In this document: positions 10,576-17,367 of the stretch, in pieces | Numbering within the stretch: the stretch's first letter is position 1 | Layout: the number at the start of each line of letters is the position of its first letter | Assembly (NCBI GenBank): GCA_963753435.1 | Contig: CAVWCF010000005.1 | Span: 1 to 64,000, forward strand | Source: an uncultured Actinomycetota bacterium | GTDB taxonomy: Bacteria > Actinomycetota > Actinomycetes > CAVWCF01 | Length of the DNA stretch: 64,000 bases | Reading direction: 5' to 3' | Notes under the pieces: generated by a model | Databases searched by the model: none | Told to the model about the DNA's origin: nothing | The model's input: only the letters and a program-made list of their open reading frames with translations | Position numbers and translations under genes: made by a program

Positions 10576-11058
10576 ATGTCGAGCAGGTCCAGGATTCGGC
10601 TGCCACGCCGCGATTGCCACATCCAGGCCCGGGGTCATCACCCAAACCACATCCAGGTGCTGCGACTTGCCTTGCCGCAACGCGATGCGGCGCCACGGGT
10701 GCACACGATCGGCGTCGAGGAGTTCACGGATGGGCTGGGCACGGTCGGCCGGTACGAGTTGCACCTGGATGACGGCACCGAGCGGACCGTGTTCGATCAC
10801 GACCCCGGCCGGCTGCAACAGCTGCTGGCCGCCCACCCCGGCCAGGACCCGATCCTTACTCCGGCCGGGATCCTGTGGATCGGTTCCTACGCGGTCAGCG
10901 TCGCCGACCTGACCGACCTCGACACCCGCTCACCCTGCGGTGACAGCCCGTGGCCGGCCTGGTTGGCCGGCGACAGCGACGGACCGCCACCGGCCGGGGG
11001 CTTCCTGCTCTCGCTCAGCGACCTGCCTCCGGATGAACCTCAGACGAAGTCGTCGTGA
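10576..11058 (+). CDS. hypothetical protein with Cys/His motif, downstream of SAM-IV riboswitch
   Basis: GGGGAG RBS; open 160 aa frame; C-x5-GH-x2-NHIQ and DHDPGRL motifs; no family recognised. Confidence 0.75.
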   Translation: MSSRSRIRLPRRDCHIQARGHHPNHIQVLRLALPQRDAAPRVHTIGVEEFTDGLGTVGRYELHLDDGTERTVFDHDPGRLQQLLAAHPGQDPILTPAGILWIGSYAVSVADLTDLDTRSPCGDSPWPAWLAGDSDGPPPAGGFLLSLSDLPPDEPQTKSS

Positions 11059-11656
11059 TGGTCAGCGCCGTGCGCCGTGGGTAGCCGAGTTGCCAAACGA
11101 GGTGGAACCAAGCCTTCGTCAGCGCGTCCAGATGAGCGACCTGGTCGAGGCCGCCAAGCCGAACCGGGTGCAGGCCGAGGTCGGCGATCAGTCCGGCCAC
11201 GTATTGGTCATCGGCGCTGCCGGGCGCGGGCGCTCCCACGTAGTACTGGTCGAGAGTGCGGCCGTCGATGCTCGGTTCGGCGAAGTTCTCCCACGCCATG
11301 GTCGTGAAGGCGCGGACCAGTCGCGCTTCGGGCAGCGCCGCGCTCAGGGCCGGCAGGCGGTTCAGCGCACCGTCGGATCCCAGCGCGTTGGTCGTGTCGA
11401 TGATTAGGTGGCCGTTCAGGGCCGCCGAGTTGCTGGTGGCAACGTCGACCACGGCCGCCCCGGGCATGGCCAGCACCACCACGTCGGAGTCGTCGACGCT
11501 CGGCACGCCGCCCACGCGCCACCCCTCGGCGCGCCAGCCCGCGGCGGCTTGCGACTCCGGGTCACGGGTGGCGATCGCGACCGAATGCCCGGCGCGGGCC
11601 CAACCTGAACCCAGCGTGCGGCCGACGTTGCCCCAGCCCACGACGGTGATGCGCAT
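11015..11656 (-). CDS. NAD(P)-binding oxidoreductase, F420-dependent NADP oxidoreductase-like family
   Basis: MRITVVGWGNVGRTLG Rossmann motif, LIIDTTN, LVRAF; GAGGAG RBS. Confidence 0.8.
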   Translation of the reverse strand: MRITVVGWGNVGRTLGSGWARAGHSVAIATRDPESQAAAGWRAEGWRVGGVPSVDDSDVVVLAMPGAAVVDVATSNSAALNGHLIIDTTNALGSDGALNRLPALSAALPEARLVRAFTTMAWENFAEPSIDGRTLDQYYVGAPAPGSADDQYVAGLIADLGLHPVRLGGLDQVAHLDALTKAWFHLVWQLGYPRRTALTITTTSSEVHPEAGR

Positions 11657-11690
11657 GCTCTGCTCCTCGGCTGATCGGGTGGATTGCCAA

Positions 11691-12155
11691 CTAGCGCGCG
11701 TCCGGAAGGAGCCCGTTCACCGCGTCTGCTGCCGCCTCGACAGAGTCCACGGCCACCGGACCGTCCGGGGTGTCCCAGCCATGCAGCCAGACGACCGGGA
11801 CGCCGCTGCGCAACGCCAGGGCCACCTCGCTGAGCGTGCCCCAACTCCCACCTACTGCCAGCACCACGTCAGCGCTTCGCACCAGGAGCGCATTGCGCAT
11901 CTCGCCCATGCCGGTGGGGATGGTCACCGTTAGCGCCGGGTGCGCCGCACCGCGGTCGTCCCCGGGCAGCAGGCCCACGCAGGTGCCACCGGCGTCAGCC
12001 ACCCCCTGCGCGGCGGCGCCCATGACACCGTCCAACCCGCCGCACACAACGATCACGCCGGCAGCGGCGAAACGCCGCGCCAGTTCGCGCGCGTCGCGGA
12101 TCTCGTCCGCAGTCGCGTCACCGGGGCCGGCGATCGCCAAGTAGGGGACAGCCAC
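11691..12155 (-). CDS. TIGR00725/LOG-family Rossmann-fold protein
   Basis: VCGGLDGVMGAA, VGLLPG, TGMGEMRNALLV, GGSWGTLSEVALA. Confidence 0.85.
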   Translation of the reverse strand: MAVPYLAIAGPGDATADEIRDARELARRFAAAGVIVVCGGLDGVMGAAAQGVADAGGTCVGLLPGDDRGAAHPALTVTIPTGMGEMRNALLVRSADVVLAVGGSWGTLSEVALALRSGVPVVWLHGWDTPDGPVAVDSVEAAADAVNGLLPDAR

Positions 12156-12234
12156 GACTCGAGTCTGCCGGGTCGCAGCTACCCCGGTGTGGCTGCTGCC
12201 CAAGTCGGGCACCGGTTGCTGACAGCATCAGGGT

Positions 12235-13134
12235 GTGAGTGAGCCAGGGCGCCGGCGAATGTCGTCGGCTGCGGTGGTCGGGGTGACCGCTGCCGCGATG
12301 GTTGCCTTCGCAGCTAACTCGGTGCTCACCCGGGCGGCACTGGACGCCGATCACGCCGATGGCGCAACGTTCGCCGCGGTTCGGCTGACCTCCGGTGCGG
12401 CCTTTCTGCTTCTGCTGGTCGCTTTCGGTCGTGGTCGCACCGCCGCACGATCAGCCCTAGCCGGTCGAGCGTGGCTGTCGGCTGCGGCTTTGTTCACATA
12501 TGCGGCCGGCTTCTCCTACGCCTACCTGACCCTCAGCGCGGGCACGGGTGCGCTCATCCTGTTCGGCGTGGTTCAGGCCACCATTCTCGGCTGGGCGCTG
12601 GTGCGCGGGGAACGGCTGCACGCATTGGCCTGGCTGGGCTTGTCACTGGCGGTCGGTGGGCTGATCTACCTGGTGGGTCCGGGGGTGTCCGCTCCCGATC
12701 CGCTTGGTGCGGCGTTGATGGCGTTGGCCGGCCTCGCCTGGGCCGTCTACACAATGCGTGGTCGTGGGGGGCGCGACCCGGTCCTGGCGACGACCGCCAA
12801 CTTCTCATACAGCGTGCCGTTCGCCGTGTTGCTGCTAGCGGTTGCACTCGTCGCAGGTGCCGCGCGGATGGACGCGGTCGGGCTGGCCCTGGCCGTCACT
12901 TCCGGGGCCATCGCCTCCGCCCTCGGCTACGTGCTCTGGTACGCGGCGCTGCCGCACCTGTCGCGGACGACTGCCGGCATCGTGCAGTTGACCCCGGCGC
13001 CGCTGGCCGCCGTCGGCGGATTGCTGCTCGTGGGCGAGGCGATCACGGCACGCTTCGTCATCGCGTCGATCCTGATTCTGGGCGGGGTGGCGCTGGCCGT
13101 TGCCCCGCGCGCGTCCGCGCGCACCCGCACATGA
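12235..13134 (+). CDS. DMT/EamA family transporter
   Basis: MVAFAANSVLTRAAL, FSYAYLTLSAGTGALILFGVVQ; ~10 TM helices. Confidence 0.88.
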   Translation: MSEPGRRRMSSAAVVGVTAAAMVAFAANSVLTRAALDADHADGATFAAVRLTSGAAFLLLLVAFGRGRTAARSALAGRAWLSAAALFTYAAGFSYAYLTLSAGTGALILFGVVQATILGWALVRGERLHALAWLGLSLAVGGLIYLVGPGVSAPDPLGAALMALAGLAWAVYTMRGRGGRDPVLATTANFSYSVPFAVLLLAVALVAGAARMDAVGLALAVTSGAIASALGYVLWYAALPHLSRTTAGIVQLTPAPLAAVGGLLLVGEAITARFVIASILILGGVALAVAPRASARTRT

Positions 13135-13883
13135 AGTTGTTGGGAATGCTGGCAGCCGCGGTGCTGCTTGCGACGGGCTGCGGCGGTGACGGAACGGCCT
13201 CGCAAACGCCAAGCGCTGAACCGAGTTCGGTTTCACCCACCGCGAGCCCAACGCCGTCGGCGTCCGAGTCGCAGTCGCCCCCGGCGGCAACCCCCACGGC
13301 AGCCCCGGGAGCGGCGGTGACCGCGCTGGCTGCGTTGCCGGTCAAGGGCCGCGCACCGAAGACCGGCTACGACCGCGATCTGTTCGGGCCGGCTTGGGCC
13401 GACGTCGACGCCAACGGGTGCGACACCCGCAACGACATCCTGCGGCGCGATCTCACCGCGATCACGTACAAGCCGGACACCCGCAATTGCGTCGTGGCCG
13501 CTGGCACGCTCGCCGACCCGTACAGCGGCCGGAACATCGCGTTCGTCCGCGGCCAGCAGACCTCGCAAGCAGTGCAGATCGATCACGTGGTTTCGCTGTC
13601 CAACTCGTGGCAGACCGGATCGTTCGTCTGGTCGCCAGATCGCCGGCGCACGTTCGCCAACGACCCACTGAACCTGCTCGCTGTCGATGGCCCGCTCAAC
13701 CAGCAGAAGAGTGACGGCGACGCCGCCACGTGGTTGCCACCGAACAAGAGCTATCGGTGCCAGTTCGTCGCCCGGCAAGTGGCGGTCAAGTCCAAGTACG
13801 AGCTTTGGGTGACCGCGCCCGAGCGGGACGCCATCGCCCGGGTCCTGGCCACGTGTCCGGCCCAACCACTGCCGGCCGAATAG
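13131..13883 (+). CDS. lipoprotein HNH endonuclease (DUF1524 family)
   Basis: Lipobox LATGC, Pro/Ser/Thr linker, GYDRDLFGPAWAD, CDTRNDILRRD, IDHVV, FANDPLNL..NQQKSD. Confidence 0.88.
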   Translation: MKLLGMLAAAVLLATGCGGDGTASQTPSAEPSSVSPTASPTPSASESQSPPAATPTAAPGAAVTALAALPVKGRAPKTGYDRDLFGPAWADVDANGCDTRNDILRRDLTAITYKPDTRNCVVAAGTLADPYSGRNIAFVRGQQTSQAVQIDHVVSLSNSWQTGSFVWSPDRRRTFANDPLNLLAVDGPLNQQKSDGDAATWLPPNKSYRCQFVARQVAVKSKYELWVTAPERDAIARVLATCPAQPLPAE

Positions 13884-13949
13884 CCCCGGGCGCAGTCGAC
13901 CGCAACGGTCGCCATGGTTCGCAACTGGACGACCAGAACGCATCCGCGC

Positions 13950-14016
13950 CGGGTGCGGAACGGCCCCCGTGCGGAACGGCCCCCGGGTTGCGGAACGGCC
14001 CCCGGGTTGCGGAACG
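13950..14016. repeat. intergenic tandem repeat, ~3.5 copies of (GGGT)TGCGGAACGGCCCCC, 16-19 bp unit
   Basis: Direct reading: GGGTGCGGAACGGCCCCC GTGCGGAACGGCCCCC GGGTTGCGGAACGGCCCCC GGGTTGCGGAACG. Confidence 0.9.
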
Positions 14017-14085
14017 CGGCTGCGGTGGAACCGAAGACCCGGCCCCCAGACCCGAAACATCACGCCCGACGAACCCACCAGGAAG

Positions 14086-14101
14086 GTAACGAAACGGTAA
14101 C
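14086..14101. promoter_or_regulatory. putative OmpR-family (GlnR/MtrA-type) direct-repeat box
   Basis: GTAAC-N6-GTAAC, 11-bp period, intergenic. Confidence 0.4.
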
Positions 14102-14204
14102 GAGACCACCCGTTCGGCGCTGTGGCGCAGTGACCGGGCTCGCCGATGCAGGTGGTGGACGAGCGAATCAGCAAGGCGATGGACGGGACCGGGAGGCGAC
14201 CGCA

Positions 14205-14462
14205 ATGGACCTGGACGTGAACCTGTGGACGTGGGCGGTCGTTTTCGTCCTCTTCGGCGTGTTCGGCGCGGTGAGCGCCCGCCGGGTGCGAGCGGCAACT
14301 GGCCGCCCACCCGGCGGGACCACGCCGATCGCTTGGGGCCTGCTCATGGGGCTGCTGCCACCGGTCGGCCTGCTGTTGATGCTCGAACGCATGGTGGCCG
14401 ACCAAAGCCCCGCAACCGTGGACTTATCCGAGCCGCTGGCCGCGACCGTGCTGCCCCGGTAG
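14205..14462 (+). CDS. small membrane protein (2 TM)
   Basis: GGGAGG RBS; hydrophobic LWTWAVVFVLFGVFGAV and WGLLMGLLPPVGLLLML. Confidence 0.65.
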   Translation: MDLDVNLWTWAVVFVLFGVFGAVSARRVRAATGRPPGGTTPIAWGLLMGLLPPVGLLLMLERMVADQSPATVDLSEPLAATVLPR

Positions 14463-14511
14463 AACCCCCGCTACCGGAGCGCTCGGCGCTGGCGGTCTGA
14501 CCGACTAGGAC

Positions 14512-16326
14512 TCAGCCGTCAAGCGCCTCGGCCGCGGCCAGCCAAGCTTCCTCCGCCTCGGCTTTGCGCTGTTGCACCAGCGCCAACTCCGCCTGCACCT
14601 CGGACAACCGCGCGTAGTCGGTCGCATGTTCGACGACCAGGGCATGCAGCCGCTCCACCTCTTCCTCCGCGCGGTGCATCACCCGCTCCCATTTGGCCAG
14701 CTCCTTGCGCGCGGCCCGTTGCTGCGCGGCCGTCAAGGCCCCCGGCGGGGCGTTCACATCCGAAGAGTCGGACTTCGTGGCTGCGCTGGTGCGCTCGGCC
14801 AGGCGTGTTGCTAACTCAACCTGCTCGTGGCGCAGCCGCAGGTACTCCTCGACTCCGCCGGGGAGGTCGCGCAGCCGTCCGTCGCCGAGTAGCGCCACGA
14901 ACCGGTCGCACACTCGCTCCAAGAAGTACCGGTCGTGGCTGATGACCAGCAGCGTTCCCGCGAACGTATCCAGCAGGTCCTCGACTGCGGCCAATGTCTC
15001 CACGTCGAAGTCGTTCGTCGGCTCGTCCAGCACCAGAACGTTCGGTCCGGCCATCAACAGCCTGGTCAGTTGCAGTCGTCGTCGTTGCCCGCCGGACAGG
15101 TCACCCACGGGCGTCCACTGCAGATCCGGTCCGAATCCGAGCCGCTCGCACAACTGTGAAGCGCTCAACTCCCGGCCCTTGCCCAGTTCCACCCTCGTGG
15201 CTACTGCTTCGACCGACTGCAGCAACCGAAGCGTCGGGTCCAACTCCTCCAGGTGTTGGCTCAGGATCGCGGTGCGGACTGTGGACCCGTGCACGACCCG
15301 ACCGGCTGCCGGTGCCAAGTCGCCAAGCAGCATTCGAACCAGCGATGTCTTTCCGGCGCCGTTGACACCGACTATGCCGATTCGGTCGCCAGGGCCAACC
15401 GTCCAGGTGAGTCGATCGATGAGCGTTCGCGTACCAACGCGCAACTGCGCATCGCTGACCTCAATCACCTTCTTGCCCAGGCGAGCGCTGGCGAACGCAA
15501 CGAGGTCGGCAGCATCGCGAGGCGGTGGCTCGGTGGCGATGAGCTCGTTGGCGGCGTCAATGCGGAACTTGGGTTTGGAAGTGCGTGCCGGCGGTCCTCG
15601 CCGCAGCCACGCCAACTCCTTCCGCAGCAGGTTGTTGCGCCGGGCCCATTCCGCGGTTTGCTGCCGCGCGCGCTCGGCCTTGGCCAGCACGTAGGCGGAG
15701 TAGCCCCCGTCGTACTGCTGCACGTCGCCACGGACCACTTCCCAGGTGCGATCGGTCACGGCATCCAGGAACCACCGGTCGTGGGTGACGGTGATCAGGC
15801 TCAGGCCGCGCCGCTGCACCAGGTGATCGGCCAGCCAGGAGATCGACTCCACATCGAGGTGGTTGGTCGGTTCGTCCAGTACCAGCACGTCCAGTTCCAG
15901 CAGTAGCAGCCGGGCCAGGTCGACCCTTCGGCGCTCGCCGCCGGACAACGTGAGCAGTGACCGCTGCAAGGTTTCGTCATCGAAGCCGCCGACGAGTTCG
16001 GTGAGCACCTCGCGGGCCTGCCGGTCCGCCGCCCAGTCGTGCTCGGCCCGGTCGCCGATCACATGCGGTCCCACGGTGGTCCGGACCGGCCCGGGGTCCT
16101 GCTCCAGAACCCCCACGCGCAGGTCCCGGGCGGCGACTAGCCGACCGGAGTTGGGGGGCAACTGACCGGCGAGCACCCGCAGGAGCGTCGACTTGCCGCC
16201 GCCGTTGCGCCCGACGACCCCGATGCGATCGCCTTCCAGCAGCCCGGCGGTGACGTGGTCCAGCACCGGATCGCGCCCGAAAGAGACGGTCACATCCTCC
16301 GCCGTCAGCAGCGGGCGTCGGGTCAC
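14512..16326 (-). CDS. ABC-F family ATP-binding protein (Uup-like)
   Basis: Two ABC domains (GRNGGGKST/LSGGERRR/DEPTNH; GVNGAGKT/LSGGQRRR/DEPTND), C-terminal coiled coil; GTG start downstream of TACCCT. Confidence 0.93.
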   Translation of the reverse strand: MTRRPLLTAEDVTVSFGRDPVLDHVTAGLLEGDRIGVVGRNGGGKSTLLRVLAGQLPPNSGRLVAARDLRVGVLEQDPGPVRTTVGPHVIGDRAEHDWAADRQAREVLTELVGGFDDETLQRSLLTLSGGERRRVDLARLLLLELDVLVLDEPTNHLDVESISWLADHLVQRRGLSLITVTHDRWFLDAVTDRTWEVVRGDVQQYDGGYSAYVLAKAERARQQTAEWARRNNLLRKELAWLRRGPPARTSKPKFRIDAANELIATEPPPRDAADLVAFASARLGKKVIEVSDAQLRVGTRTLIDRLTWTVGPGDRIGIVGVNGAGKTSLVRMLLGDLAPAAGRVVHGSTVRTAILSQHLEELDPTLRLLQSVEAVATRVELGKGRELSASQLCERLGFGPDLQWTPVGDLSGGQRRRLQLTRLLMAGPNVLVLDEPTNDFDVETLAAVEDLLDTFAGTLLVISHDRYFLERVCDRFVALLGDGRLRDLPGGVEEYLRLRHEQVELATRLAERTSAATKSDSSDVNAPPGALTAAQQRAARKELAKWERVMHRAEEEVERLHALVVEHATDYARLSEVQAELALVQQRKAEAEEAWLAAAEALDG

Positions 16327-16407
16327 AACCGGCAAGGGTAAGGGCGGTCGACGTCGGACCCCGGCGATGCGGATGCGCGTGCGCGTTCTGGCACCGACAC
16401 TGCTGCT

Positions 16408-17367
16408 GTGGATGCCGCCACCGCACGCCTGTACAAGTCCGAAGACTCCTACGCCCGGATGACGGAGTTCTACGACACCTCGCTGGCGGACCTGCCGGTC
16501 GCAGTTGAGTCGCACTACGTGGACACCCGCTTCGGCCGCACGCACATGCTCAGCGCCGGTGATCCGGCGGCGCCGCCGCTGATCCTGATGCAGGGCATGG
16601 CCGGCAGCGCGATCCTGTGGCATCAACAGTTCGCCGATCTGAGCTCGGAACGACACGTGCTGGCGTTGGACACGATCGGTCAGCCGGGGCGCTCGGCCCC
16701 AAACCCATTGCCCTTGACCGATGACTCCTACCAGCGGTGGTTGCTCGACATCCTCGACTCACTGCAACTGCAACGCGCCGACTTCATGGGGGTGTCCCTC
16801 GCGGGCTGGGTGCTGATGCGACTCGGCGTGCTCGCCCCGGACCGGGTGCGCAGCAACGTCCTGCTCTCCCCGATGCGACTGGCGCGGGCCAAGATGGATG
16901 GGCGGCGGTGGGCCCAGAACGCCCGCCGCAACGACGGGGACGAATCCTTGGAGGACTCCCTGACCGCGCGCGACTTCACGCCGTCGACCACCGGGCGCGA
17001 GTACGACCGGCGCCTGGCGCGGGCGATGGCGCTGGCCACCAAGCACTACCGCCTGGGTGTCGGCATGGGTATGGATCCGGACTCTTCCCGCGTCGCCAAG
17101 GCAAGCGTTGCCAGCAGCGTTCTACGAATTGTCAGCACCCCGATGCGCAAGTCCGAACTCAGATCCGTGACCACGCCGACCCTCATCGTCATCGGCGAAC
17201 ACGAGATGCTCTACAAGCCACAGGCCGCGGTGAAGCGGGCCGCGCTCATTCGGACCGCACGCATCGAGGTTGTGCCCGAAGCCGGGCACGCGGCCATCTA
17301 CGACCGGCCGGAACTGGTCAACCGGATGGTGCTGGACTACTTGGCAGAGCCGAAGCCCGGCGACTGA
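16408..17367 (+). CDS. alpha/beta fold hydrolase
   Basis: VDTRFGRTH, LDTIGQPGRS, GVSLAG nucleophile elbow, EAGH; start uncertain. Confidence 0.85.
   Translation: MDAATARLYKSEDSYARMTEFYDTSLADLPVAVESHYVDTRFGRTHMLSAGDPAAPPLILMQGMAGSAILWHQQFADLSSERHVLALDTIGQPGRSAPNPLPLTDDSYQRWLLDILDSLQLQRADFMGVSLAGWVLMRLGVLAPDRVRSNVLLSPMRLARAKMDGRRWAQNARRNDGDESLEDSLTARDFTPSTTGREYDRRLARAMALATKHYRLGVGMGMDPDSSRVAKASVASSVLRIVSTPMRKSELRSVTTPTLIVIGEHEMLYKPQAAVKRAALIRTARIEVVPEAGHAAIYDRPELVNRMVLDYLAEPKPGD

Noticed and set aside
13950-14016. Tandem repeat as a CRISPR array
   Set aside because: No unique spacers, unit too short, and no cas genes in the window.
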